DNA of 55,298 bases from the IMG/VR virus record IMGVR_UViG_3300046167_000533, positions 1 through 55,298 of that record; one strand, written 5' to 3'. The position numbers and the translations under genes are program-made. This stretch comes from a virus. Lineage: Duplodnaviria > Caudoviricetes. Position 1 is the stretch's first letter, and each line of letters starts with the position of its first letter. Below are positions 28,574-38,060 of this stretch, piece by piece. Below the pieces are notes generated by a model. The model ran no database searches. It was not told the DNA's origin and worked only from the letters and a program-made list of their open reading frames with translations.

Positions 28574-29250
28574 GAAAAACTACTGGGTCTGAGGAAGACC
28601 AGCAGTAGCCACATGTGGTGCAGCTGGCGGTAGCACCTGTTTGCTCTGGGCAGACAATACCGCCACCAGTGTTTACGGTTGCTCTGAAAGGAGTATCCAT
28701 GTCATCAGAAAACCGGATCGCCGCTCTGTCGGGATAGCTATTGTTTAAGCTGGCGTTGATGTATTTGCCTAGACCCCTCTTGCTTTTGTGGTGGGTATAA
28801 CCAAAGACTTTTAGATCTGGCAGCAGATCTAACATGATGTGCCAGAACTCTACGTACTCATCTGAAAAGAAATCACCAAGGACGTGCAGTCCGTACGACG
28901 ACGCCTTGTTGTTTCTTTCGATGTTTGTGTACGAGGCGAGCTAATTGTGTACCGAGGTTCTCAAGGAACAGTGGTCCTGTGTGATCAAACCGGTGCGCAA
29001 ATGGCATGTTGTTACCGTAGCAGTTGTCCCATTGGTCACAGTCGGATGGGCACGTCTTGCGTTCTTCAAGTGTAAGACTGTACATGACGTGGTTCTTCCA
29101 CTTCTTGACCGAGACAATGTCACCAAGCTTTGCGTTTTGTTTTCCGCGTTTTAGCATTTGCAGGCTTGGCGGCTTTACGCCTTTTCTGTACCTCGTTCTC
29201 GGTGGGTGCAGATTTTTTGCTGGGATTAGGTTCACGGCTGATGATGTCAT
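28563..29250 (-). CDS. GP88-like Cys-rich (Fe-S / radical-SAM-like) protein, one frameshift near 28890
   Basis: Joining the two frames gives NAKLG...TCPSDCDQWDNCY...VRLHVLGDF...FGYT...CPEQ...CTTCGYCW. Start codon uncertain. Confidence 0.65.
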
Positions 29251-29416
29251 CGAGTATCTCCTGTCGTAACGCTGCTGCAGTTTCACGGTCGCACTTCGTC
29301 ATGATTTTTATTTCAGATTTTTTCAGGCGATGGGTTGTCCAGTACTCAGCTTCCGACGGGTCGGTAACCAATTTGTATTGGATGAATTTGCCTTTCCGTT
29401 TGTAGTACATGTTCAT
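29120..29416 (-). CDS. Hypothetical protein
   Basis: 98 aa, coupled to the upstream gene (ATGA), RBS AGGAG. Confidence 0.55.
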   Translation of the reverse strand: MNMYYKRKGKFIQYKLVTDPSEAEYWTTHRLKKSEIKIMTKCDRETAAALRQEILDDIISREPNPSKKSAPTENEVQKRRKAAKPANAKTRKTKRKAW

Positions 29417-29703
29417 GGCTGAACTCCTACCCAGCGCACTGCGCGGTACGGGAACTGCGATACTTTGACCACGCGTAGTTCTTCGCGGTTCATGGTCCGC
29501 TTCATGATGAACAACGTGATGGAAACGATGAGCCCGCCGATCATGGCAGCGAACATGCCGCTATATGTGCCGGAGAATGCCCAGATGAGGAAGCCGGTTA
29601 CGGCGATGTCGATAGGTATGTCGTATGCAATGACACGACGAACACCAAATTTAAAGATCAGAAACAGAAGACCGAGTGCTGAAAGAAGACCGGCAAGAAT
29701 CAT
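29413..29703 (-). CDS. Small membrane protein
   Basis: 96 aa with three hydrophobic segments. Confidence 0.7.
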   Translation of the reverse strand: MILAGLLSALGLLFLIFKFGVRRVIAYDIPIDIAVTGFLIWAFSGTYSGMFAAMIGGLIVSITLFIMKRTMNREELRVVKVSQFPYRAVRWVGVQP

Positions 29704-29775
29704 AGGCTACTCCGATAATAGCTGCGACGAGGAAAAGAATTTCGTAAACGCTGAAAAGCGAAAATATGGCTTGGA

Positions 29776-29949
29776 TCAATGTGAACTCCTGATAAGTAGA
29801 AACACCAACGCGCCGGCCGCAGCAATGAGCAGGAACATGTAGAGCCCAAGCGCAAGTGCTTGGCCGACGATGGTGAGGAAAAGAACGATAGCGGTAACGC
29901 TTGCGATGAACACAAGCGCGTTATTGCAGATGGTTTTGAATAGTTTCAT
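29776..29949 (-). CDS. 57-aa membrane protein (not in the ORF track)
   Basis: MKLFKTICNNALVFIASVTAIVLFLTIVGQALALGLYMFLLIAAAGALVFLLIRSSH. Confidence 0.6.
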   Translation of the reverse strand: MKLFKTICNNALVFIASVTAIVLFLTIVGQALALGLYMFLLIAAAGALVFLLIRSSH

Positions 29950-30001
29950 TGGGATTCTCTCTTCATGTTTCGTTTGGATCAGTTGAATTCCGATCGGGAA
30001 T

Positions 30002-30047
30002 AAAAAAGCCCCGACTAAACAGTGGGAGAGATGTTTAATCGGGGCTT
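30002..30047 (-). terminator. Intrinsic terminator with CU-rich loop
   Basis: Minus strand AAGCCCCGATTAAACA-TCTCTCCCAC-TGTTTAGTCGGGGCTTTTTT. Confidence 0.8.
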
Positions 30048-30078
30048 AGCTACTTGCTTGGAGGGAAAGCAAGTTCGG

Positions 30079-30828
30079 TTAGCTCACACCCCATGTGCAT
30101 TCGGGTTCATCACCTTTACGGAACGAACACCATCTGCATGAGTCTTTGCTGGGCGTGGGAGCAAATTCTGTTTCGGTCGTCATTTTTACAGCACGTCGAT
30201 GGAAACCAGGTGCGAACTGCATAGCTTGTTCTCGTGTGTAGCCCTTCTTGGTTGTCTCGCCTTTATCGAGATACCAAAATTCTGTTTGTACGAACTGCAA
30301 ATGTGGGTAACGAAAGAACGTACCAATGGCATAAAGCAGACCTTGTTGACCGTGGGCGATTTCGTTCCCCCACTTCTTTCCGGTTTTGTAATCGATGACA
30401 CGCGCGGATTGTTCGTCTTCATTAACAAGGGCATCGAGTTTGATGCGGGCCCATGTTTCTTTTTGCATCCAACCAACAGGTGCCCAGTCAAGGTCAAAGC
30501 CCCATTCGCCTTCTAGTTCTACTTTCGCTTCCGCAAAGAGCGCACGTAATTCCTCAAATTCATCTTTAAACTTGAGAAGCTCGTCTGCCATTTCGGCCAT
30601 AGTCCCATTAACGTAGTCTTCTGCGTACTGATGTACTTGCGTGCCACGATCAGCTGCTGGACCACTCGGCTCTTTAATGCCTTTAACGCGGGCAATGTAC
30701 GTGCGATAAGGACATTCTTCGTAGACTTTAAGCGCGCTATAACTCCAAGCTCTGACATCTCCTAACTCCTTTGGTTTTTCGAAATCAACAACTGAATCCG
30801 GCCGAACATCCTGCGTAAGCTTGATCAT
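30079..30828 (-). CDS. PD-(D/E)XK nuclease, Cas4/AddB-like with four Cys
   Basis: WSYS...CPY, GTQVH, LDA...IDYKTG and C-terminal CRWCSF...C motifs. Confidence 0.88.
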   Translation of the reverse strand: MIKLTQDVRPDSVVDFEKPKELGDVRAWSYSALKVYEECPYRTYIARVKGIKEPSGPAADRGTQVHQYAEDYVNGTMAEMADELLKFKDEFEELRALFAEAKVELEGEWGFDLDWAPVGWMQKETWARIKLDALVNEDEQSARVIDYKTGKKWGNEIAHGQQGLLYAIGTFFRYPHLQFVQTEFWYLDKGETTKKGYTREQAMQFAPGFHRRAVKMTTETEFAPTPSKDSCRWCSFRKGDEPECTWGVS

Positions 30829-30862
30829 TCACACTCCTGATGTGTGTAGTACGAAGTCGATA

Positions 30863-30881
30863 ATATTAGCACAACTAATAC
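30863..30881. promoter_or_regulatory. Operator copy ATATTAGCACAACTAATAC
   Basis: Intergenic match to the palindrome. Confidence 0.7.
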
Positions 30882-30886
30882 TTGAT

Positions 30887-33387
30887 CTACACGGCAAGCA
30901 GTCCACGATCTTTATCAGTGAAATGCTTGTTCGTTACTTCGTTGAATTGGTCTTCAGGCAGGGACCAGTTTGTTACAACTCCACGGATTGGAGGGTTGCT
31001 GCGCGGAGCTTTGAACTCTCGTTTCTGTGACTTAGTTACGCCACATCGCTCTGCTTTCTTTTGGAACTCACGTTGCGATAATCGGTCGTCTGTCAGTACT
31101 CCATACACAACGCGCAGATGCTCCATTGGTATAACTGAGTACTCCCATTTAGATTCAGCAATCCATTGCTTAACGAAACGTTGTGCCGTGGTAATTTCCT
31201 GGCCCTGCATTACGTTGGTTACACTGATGTCGAGTACTTCGGTGAAGAAGTCTAGCTTTCCATGCCGCACTGCTGCGAAGAACTCTTCCATAACAGACAT
31301 CGTAACTTGTGCCATTTGCGCTTTTGCGTTGTTGGCAATTGGTGTGCGGACTAGCTGCTTGTTCACGCTGTAGTGGCGTAGCAGTGCTGCAAATCTGTGC
31401 AGCTCCTTGTCGATGTCATCAATACCTTCGATGACTTCTGGGTACACATGTTCGAGTTTCTGCTCTTGGCGAGGCGCGATGTTGTATCGGCGGTCGCCTT
31501 CTTCGATTTTTACTGCGTCCATCCTGTTCGTGAGGAAGATGAAGTTCGTATAGTTTGGTAGTTCAACTTGATTAGAACGCATCGCACGAATAGTCATGGT
31601 GTTTTCTGTGATTGCGTTCTTGAGCTTGTCAGCAATCTTCATAGTCCCTGAATTAGCAGATGCCATGTGGAACTCGTCAACTACAAGGAACAAGGCTTGT
31701 CGCATGTACAAGTTGAATTGTTCTTCGATGTTCTGCAGCGCACGCATAGGTACATGTTCGTTGCCGAACAGCGGTCTGAGTACTTTGGTATAAAAGATGC
31801 CTTTACCTGTACCTGGTACACCTTGTAGAACCCAAGCAGTCATGGCTTTCTTTCTGGTCTGAAAGATGTATGCGAGCCAGTTGGTGAAGTGTTCTACTTC
31901 TAAGTTTTCACCACCGAGTATGTGCTTCATCAGTTTGTAGATCAGCGGACAGGAATCCGCGATCTTGTGTGCGTCGCCCATGCTTAGCGATTCGTGCTCA
32001 CGGTTCGATAACAGATACTCGCTTTTGCGGAACATGTTGATGAAATACGGCACGTTGGTCAGGTTGACTGCGTTTTCTTCTGACGCTGGGTCGAATACGA
32101 CTTTGGCATCGGGTACGAAAGTCTGGTTTGCTGCGACCGTGTGACCGCATAAATCCTTCGAGGCTAGACTGCGATGCAGGGTTGAGCGGAAAGTCATCGC
32201 AGAACTGGTTCAGATTAGGGTCGAATACACCGTTGTAGTAGGTGTCGGTCATGTAGTCTCGCAGGACTACAGGGAACGACGGCACGTCCTTCCTTCTCCA
32301 TTTCTTCTTGATACACATCAAACAGTGTCTTGTAGAACTCTGGGTCAGCATCTTCGATGGACCAGATCGGCTCACCCTTGAAGTTGTACATGTATGTTGG
32401 GTCTTCAAGTTTGAAGTAGTACGCGTTGCTGTCTCCGCCGTTGACGTTGCACCGGATGTACGGAGGGTTGGTATCGTCTGCTATTGCGATCGACATGCGG
32501 TCAGGGGTTTTTTAAGACTTCTTCTGTCTTGGCGTTGACCGTAACAATCTCTGTGCGTTCTTTCTTTCGCGTTGAACCCGCGTTGTGTACGCAGCTTGTT
32601 TTTTAACTCACGCCCTTTTTGGCTGACTAGCTCGGGGCTTATATCGTTCATGAGCGCAGCTAAGTCCAACGTATCGGAGAGACCGGAGACGCGCACGATC
32701 CGCTCGGAGGAAGAGCCGAACGGATCGTGGGTTCCGTCTTCGAAGGTAGGAGGGGCTACGAAGATCAGCTTTTGAGTTGTCAGCTACGCTGGTGTCCAGT
32801 GGGTACTTCAACGAATGACCGTTGGAAGATAGCTCTAACTGGGATGAGAACAGCTTCGACTCAAAATTGCAGTTCTGTAACCACAGCTTCACAGCCGCAG
32901 CTGGCATCGCATAGGTCAACAGAATAAAAATATGGAGCGATACCTTGTCGCCTTTTAAACCAAGACTCGAAGACGCTTGTGCGATAAAGCTGCAGTCCTG
33001 CACTTCCGGTGGCAGTTCTCGCATCACGGACTTCGCAATCGAGCCGACATCTTTGTCGGTGAATTGTTTTGGGTTTGTGTGGTTCGGCAGAGTTATACCG
33101 TCGATATCTAGAACAAGGAGGCTGGTATAGCCAACGCGATCAGTCTTACCTGCTCGCGATTCGTTCTGGAGATTTCGTTTTAAGTTTCCTTTCAGTAAGC
33201 AAAAACCTTGTTCGCCTTTATCCCGTATTGACTGCTCAAGCATGGCTAGGCCAGTGACGTCAGTGGGCAGCTGTTCGGTATGCGACGTTACGTTTTTTAC
33301 ATGTGGGTAAGGGGTAAAACCATTTGTTGGGCTGTGCCGTTTACTGAGCCGCTGTCCATTAGCGGCTTCTAAAAACGTTATTTGCAT
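30887..33387 (-). CDS. Primase-helicase (SF3/D5-like C-terminal NTPase), frameshifted in 32.1-32.8 kb
   Basis: N-terminal LVLDID...SLHIF primase-like motifs; C-terminal GVPGTGKG, VVDE and FLTN...DRRY. The intervening fragments tile the gap on the same strand. Confidence 0.82.
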
Positions 33388-33409
33388 GACTCCTCCTACA
33401 GAGCTACGC

Positions 33410-33428
33410 ATATTAGCATGGCTAATAT
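33410..33428. promoter_or_regulatory. Operator copy ATATTAGCATGGCTAATAT
   Basis: Perfect palindrome upstream of the primase gene. Confidence 0.8.
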
Positions 33429-33431
33429 AAA

Positions 33432-33626
33432 TTAAGTAGGATTTGCGTCTTTTTCAAATACTTCCTGTCGGTCGATCCTGACCGATTCGTCTGCTTCAAA
33501 TGTCAGACGAACTTGATTCCTGTCAACTTTGGAGATTTTAACTCTCGCGAGGACGCCGTCATCGCTGTGGATGACTACTGTTTCTTGGATTTTTCTCGTT
33601 AATACCAAACGTGGCATATGGCTCAC
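33432..33626 (-). CDS. csrA: CsrA/RsmA-family RNA-binding protein
   Basis: LVLTRKIQETVVI...VKISKVDRNQVRLTFEADESVRIDRQEV matches the CsrA pattern. Confidence 0.82.
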   Translation of the reverse strand: MSHMPRLVLTRKIQETVVIHSDDGVLARVKISKVDRNQVRLTFEADESVRIDRQEVFEKDANPT

Positions 33627-35440
33627 TTGCTGTAACTAACGTCATAACCGCCTTCGGCATCCAAGGGGATGTCTGGTGCCCATGCTGGCGGGGTACACAT
33701 GTGCTGTATTAGCTTCCGCATTGTAGCATCAGGATCATTAGCTTCACTAATAATAATGATCTCGTCATGCACGGTGAGTACGATGTCAGCGTCCAGTGTT
33801 GGGTCGTTTTTGATACGGAGCATTGCGTCTGTAACAACGATACGCGATAGCGCTTGTACGACATTTTCTGCGATGCGCCCTCCCCAAGTGGTTTCAGGTG
33901 CTAGCCCTCTGCCTTTGTAGGTGAGTTTGCCGTGCCACAAGTGTAGCTCGTTGTAATGTAGGGCCATTCCATTAGGCAGATGGATCTTTTTGTCTTTGAA
34001 TTTTAGGCCGTGCCAGTCTTCTTCGTGGCTTGCCTGCAATGTCTGCGTTAATTTGAGTTCGAGTTTTTGCCAAAGCAGCGGGATACCGAAGTAAGTGTTG
34101 CGATAGGTCGATACAACACCAAGTGCCTGGTCATTGGTGAACGTCATTGGGGGGCCCATTGCACCAGTCTCCAAAGTGGACTGGAATTTTGCTGCGCCCA
34201 TCCCGTAACCCAGCCCAAGTACTGCGGTCTTGCCAACAAAGCGCTCTGTTGGATCATCGTTTTTATTGATTGGTCGGTCGTAGATGATGCTGGCGAGGTT
34301 GCTGTAGATGTCGTCACCATTACGGAACTGATTGAGTAGATCTTGTTCGTCTGCGAGCCATGCGAGCATACGGGCTTCGATGTTCGACAAGTCAGCAACA
34401 AACACAAGTTTGCCTGGTGGGGCGCACAACGCTTTGCGCATCGGTGAGTTGCGGGGCATGTTCTGCATGTTAATTTTTTCGGTGCCCCCGAAGCGGCCGG
34501 TGTGTGCTGCGTAGTATCGCAATGGGACTGAGAGCGTGCCGTCTTTATTGGTAGCATCAATGAAACGCTGAGCCCTGGTCTCGTTGATGCGACTCTTTGC
34601 AGCTTTGCGGGCATCCCATATCAGTTGATGCTCTGGGTACATACTTTGTAGCTGGGTAAATGCTTTGTCGTTCTTACCAAGAGCGGGTATGAATTTACCA
34701 GTTGTAGGGCTGCGTTTGGTTGGCGGGACTAGGTGTAGCTCGTTCTCAATGTACGCAGCGAACTGTTGATTGGAACTGAGAATTTTTCGTTCGACGCCGC
34801 TTTTTTCAATTGCTGTCTTACTGGCAGTGATTTCTGAGTCGCGGAACTCGATCAGTGCTTCGTGGTCCACGACAAGCTTTGGCTCGCAGAACATACGGCA
34901 AGTGATGTCGATAAGATCCATCTCTGACGTAGGCATATCTACGACCCATTGGTCATAGATTGCGCGGGTCAAGTCGACATCTTGGATGCAGTAGCCTGCA
35001 ATAGATGCTTCGAGTTCGGGATCAAGGTCATAGATACCTTTTGCGTCTGAAAGCTCGTCGCCTTTTCGCATGGTGTCGTCTGTTGGGAACGCGCGTATTG
35101 CGCAGTCTTTCAAACGTGCGCTTTGCCCTGGAAAGAGGCCGCGACTCATTGCTGCAGTGTCGACGTAATACTTGGGGGTTAGTCCGTAATACTGTGTGAG
35201 TATGTACGCATCGAATAGTGTGTTGTGACATAGGAGCGTTACGTTGTCCCAGTCCAGGGCACGTAGCGCGTCTTCGCACTCATCTTCTCCGTACCATTCT
35301 GTAGCATCATGATTGATCTTGATGCCAACACCCCAGACCTTGAAGCGATCGTCTTGGACGTACTCCATCGTCGTCATCTTGGTCAGGGAAAAAGATTTAT
35401 CGTAGAACGTTTCGAAATCCAACGTGACGAGGCAGTTCAA
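33623..35440 (-). CDS. polA: DNA polymerase family A with 3'-5' exonuclease
   Basis: LDFET and HNTLFD exonuclease motifs; polymerase motifs A DLSNIEAR, B RFVGKTAVLGLGYG and C TVHDE. Confidence 0.95.
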   Translation of the reverse strand: MNCLVTLDFETFYDKSFSLTKMTTMEYVQDDRFKVWGVGIKINHDATEWYGEDECEDALRALDWDNVTLLCHNTLFDAYILTQYYGLTPKYYVDTAAMSRGLFPGQSARLKDCAIRAFPTDDTMRKGDELSDAKGIYDLDPELEASIAGYCIQDVDLTRAIYDQWVVDMPTSEMDLIDITCRMFCEPKLVVDHEALIEFRDSEITASKTAIEKSGVERKILSSNQQFAAYIENELHLVPPTKRSPTTGKFIPALGKNDKAFTQLQSMYPEHQLIWDARKAAKSRINETRAQRFIDATNKDGTLSVPLRYYAAHTGRFGGTEKINMQNMPRNSPMRKALCAPPGKLVFVADLSNIEARMLAWLADEQDLLNQFRNGDDIYSNLASIIYDRPINKNDDPTERFVGKTAVLGLGYGMGAAKFQSTLETGAMGPPMTFTNDQALGVVSTYRNTYFGIPLLWQKLELKLTQTLQASHEEDWHGLKFKDKKIHLPNGMALHYNELHLWHGKLTYKGRGLAPETTWGGRIAENVVQALSRIVVTDAMLRIKNDPTLDADIVLTVHDEIIIISEANDPDATMRKLIQHMCTPPAWAPDIPLDAEGGYDVSYSK

Positions 35441-35631
35441 AATAGCTCCTCATTTTTGGCAGCTTCAGATTCGTAATGGGCATACAAATTGCCCTCGATT
35501 GCTTTGAACTGTTCGTTGAGTTCGTTGAAGGTGCCAGGCATACGAGACTCGACCCACACTTTTACAAAGCTGGCTAGCTCAGGGGGGGACGATTGCTCTT
35601 CGTTCAAACGGATGTATTCGTCGATATCCAT
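35437..35631 (-). CDS. Hypothetical protein
   Basis: MDIDEYIRL..., RBS AGGAG, coupled to the polymerase gene. Confidence 0.6.
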   Translation of the reverse strand: MDIDEYIRLNEEQSSPPELASFVKVWVESRMPGTFNELNEQFKAIEGNLYAHYESEAAKNEELF

Positions 35632-35659
35632 ACTAGTACTCCTTACGTTGGATATTTTT

Positions 35660-35842
35660 TTAGGGTTTGAAGATCTCCAGTACTGTGACTGCACTCCATT
35701 CAGCGGTTTCGTATTCGGGACGCGATAGAACAATTAGCTGACCGGTTTTATCGTGCGCGATCATTGCTGTTTCGTGTAGCTGATCGGCTATGAACTCGGC
35801 TTCTTCTATTGCGTACTCGATGGTGGTGAACTTAGTTGCCAC
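35660..35842 (-). CDS. Hypothetical protein
   Basis: GTG start; FTTIEYAIEEAEF. Confidence 0.55.
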   Translation of the reverse strand: MATKFTTIEYAIEEAEFIADQLHETAMIAHDKTGQLIVLSRPEYETAEWSAVTVLEIFKP

Positions 35843-36152
35843 CTGAAAGGCGCTCAATTTCGGCGTCGATGTAAAATTTAATCTTCTTTGCATCGCGCAG
35901 TTGGTTACTGTGGGATGCTTCGCCGTATCTGTAGCAGCTGCGAAAGATCTCACCGATTTGCGCGTTCATGTTTTTATCGGAGATAAGGTGTTGAAGCTCA
36001 GTGGCATGACTTGGCAGTTGGTAGTACGAAGCGGTTGATCCGTCAGACCGTGATGCGTTAGGGGGTGCATCATCGGTGGGGGCAACGGTTTGTCGAAGAT
36101 ATTTGCGATTGAGGTTGTCCCAATCGGCGGGGTTGGCTTTATCGATGCTCAT
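35832..36152 (-). CDS. DUF3310-like protein (possible nucleotide kinase family)
   Basis: ASYY...GEIFRSCYRYG...RDAKKIKFY motif; RBS GGAGG. Confidence 0.6.
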   Translation of the reverse strand: MSIDKANPADWDNLNRKYLRQTVAPTDDAPPNASRSDGSTASYYQLPSHATELQHLISDKNMNAQIGEIFRSCYRYGEASHSNQLRDAKKIKFYIDAEIERLSGGN

Positions 36153-36177
36153 CTTGTTACCTCCTGATAAGCATTCA

Positions 36178-36206
36178 ATATTACTGTTACTAATATTAGC
36201 ACTCAA
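36178..36206 (-). promoter_or_regulatory. Operator/promoter for the polymerase operon (TTGAGT-N17-TAATAT)
   Basis: ATATTACTGTTACTAATAT at 36178-36196. Confidence 0.78.
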
Positions 36207-37324
36207 GATAAATACGCCACTTGTTTCATTTCTTCCATTTGGATTCGGCAGATGCTGCCCCACGGGGCATCGCGGTCTGTTGTTGATACCCACAGAACTG
36301 GGTAATTTGGTTCATCGCCAAAGTCGTCGCTGATTAAGTCGGTCAAGTAAATTGCTGCATCAACGTCGTGGTGTTCGTTGAGGTACTCAAACGCTGGAGC
36401 GAATGATGTGCCGCCACCTCCTTTGATCGGCGTCATGGGGAACGCTTCGTCGGGTTCGACCTCATCTATATGAGCTACTTTTGTATCTACATGTAGAATG
36501 GTGAGCTTAGATGGCTGTAGCTCGGTATGAACTGCAGCAACTTCACTTATGAATTGATTCCAGTAGGCACTGCATGACCCAGATGCATCGATAATGAATG
36601 CTAGATGGCCAGCACCTTCTGAGTACAACGAGGGAAGATACTCGTCTTCACTGATGTACGCGCGGTTAGGCTTGCGCCAGCTGTAATCGTTATTCACAAT
36701 TTCTGTGCAGAAAGGCCACATAACAGATCGCCAGTCGATGATTGGCTTGACCACATCTTTGATAAAAGTCTCAAGGTGACCAGGCAGCTTGCCTGCTGCT
36801 TTTGCAACTTGCGCTGCTTGTGTCACTGCGACTTGCCATTCTGATTCTAGCGAGGCATTCGAGCCTGCATCGATTTGGGAAGCATTAGCATCGAGGACGA
36901 TGCCCCAAGCACATTGCTTAACGCCTTCGTCTTTGATTTTGTTGTAGATCGCTTCGGCGCTCATGTCATCGTACTGCGAGTCAATGAGTCCACCTTCAGG
37001 GAGTATGAATCCTGATTGCACTAGGTGGCTATTGATCGCGAAGTCACATGCTGCGTTCCAGATCTTATGATCGCGTTCTTGCCGTCGCGTCATATGATTG
37101 AACACACAGTGCATGACTTCGTGTGCGATGAGCCCTTTGCGAGTCAAAGGGTCGAGCTTGCCGATGAACTTGCTGTTGTACACAAGCTGCTTACCATCGG
37201 TAGCAGCTGTGTCGCAGCCGTCATCGTCTTGCACTAGTTTAAGCCGCAACGCCAGCGTGCCGAAGAACGGATGTTCCATCAGCAGCTGGGCTCGGGCTTT
37301 TACCATGTCAGCTTCTGCGGACAT
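36203..37324 (-). CDS. Metallopeptidase-vWA protein (DUF2201-like)
   Basis: TAATDG, AHEVMH (HExxH), WNAACD, MIDAS DASGS, GGGT and YLTD motifs. Confidence 0.9.
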   Translation of the reverse strand: MSAEADMVKARAQLLMEHPFFGTLALRLKLVQDDDGCDTAATDGKQLVYNSKFIGKLDPLTRKGLIAHEVMHCVFNHMTRRQERDHKIWNAACDFAINSHLVQSGFILPEGGLIDSQYDDMSAEAIYNKIKDEGVKQCAWGIVLDANASQIDAGSNASLESEWQVAVTQAAQVAKAAGKLPGHLETFIKDVVKPIIDWRSVMWPFCTEIVNNDYSWRKPNRAYISEDEYLPSLYSEGAGHLAFIIDASGSCSAYWNQFISEVAAVHTELQPSKLTILHVDTKVAHIDEVEPDEAFPMTPIKGGGGTSFAPAFEYLNEHHDVDAAIYLTDLISDDFGDEPNYPVLWVSTTDRDAPWGSICRIQMEEMKQVAYLS

Positions 37325-37325
37325 A

Positions 37326-38051
37326 TTAGCCTCCTAGGAGTTTTGCCGTTAGCACGGCTTGGTTTGCAACAGTTGGGTCGAAAGAGATTTCTTCTTTGAT
37401 TGTTTGAGCACGTTGCGCACGAGTAACCTTGCGGTGTAACTCTTGCAGTTTGTTGTTTGGGACAAGCGACTCAGCGCCAGGCCAAATCTGCAGCAACTGC
37501 TTGAGTGTTGTGCATTTGCGCACCAGATCTTTGATCTGTTTTTCGTACTGGTCTTTTGCTTCGCGGTGCGTTTTTTCCGAGTCTTTGAACTTGGTGAACA
37601 TATCGATGACATCTGACTTGTCTTCGTCACGGAAGTCGTTGATATAAATGGTTGCGTCGCTCCATGAGTAACCGCCTCTTGGGGTCATTGTTCGGTAGAG
37701 CATTGGAGTTGCAAGAGTGATGTCGCAGCAAGGGTCACGATCAGGGTTACGGATGGATGAGTCTGCAAGTACATTCGAAAGAGATTTGAGCTTGACCTTT
37801 ACGTTTGTGATGTCGTTTCGCTTAGGTAAGCAATGGTCACCGTAGATATATTCGCCGGTAACCTCTTTATCCGCTGCATCTTGCGCAACTTTCTCAAGGA
37901 ATTTTTGTACAGGTGAGTTGGTTATACCGTCACGCACAGCTTGTACAAACTCGTTGCTAGGCTTGGGCTGAGGGTTTGCGGTGTCGTACGCATCTCGCGC
38001 GGCTCGAAAGATGTCATCGCCAAGTTGAATTGTCATTCTTACTGAGGCCAT
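37326..38051 (-). CDS. Nmad5-like protein
   Basis: C-terminal TTLKQLLQIWPGAESLVP resembles Nmad5; sits between the AAA and vWA genes. Confidence 0.55.
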   Translation of the reverse strand: MASVRMTIQLGDDIFRAARDAYDTANPQPKPSNEFVQAVRDGITNSPVQKFLEKVAQDAADKEVTGEYIYGDHCLPKRNDITNVKVKLKSLSNVLADSSIRNPDRDPCCDITLATPMLYRTMTPRGGYSWSDATIYINDFRDEDKSDVIDMFTKFKDSEKTHREAKDQYEKQIKDLVRKCTTLKQLLQIWPGAESLVPNNKLQELHRKVTRAQRAQTIKEEISFDPTVANQAVLTAKLLGG

Positions 38052-38060
38052 AAGTTTCTC

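Noticed and set aside
30079-30828. Cas4 as part of a CRISPR system
   Set aside because: Stand-alone PD-(D/E)XK nuclease in a replication module, which is common in phages.
31998-32800. Programmed frameshifting, intron or intein in the primase-helicase
   Set aside because: Several scattered single-base indels in a presumably essential gene, with no consistent slippery site or splicing motif. Sequencing or consensus error is more likely.
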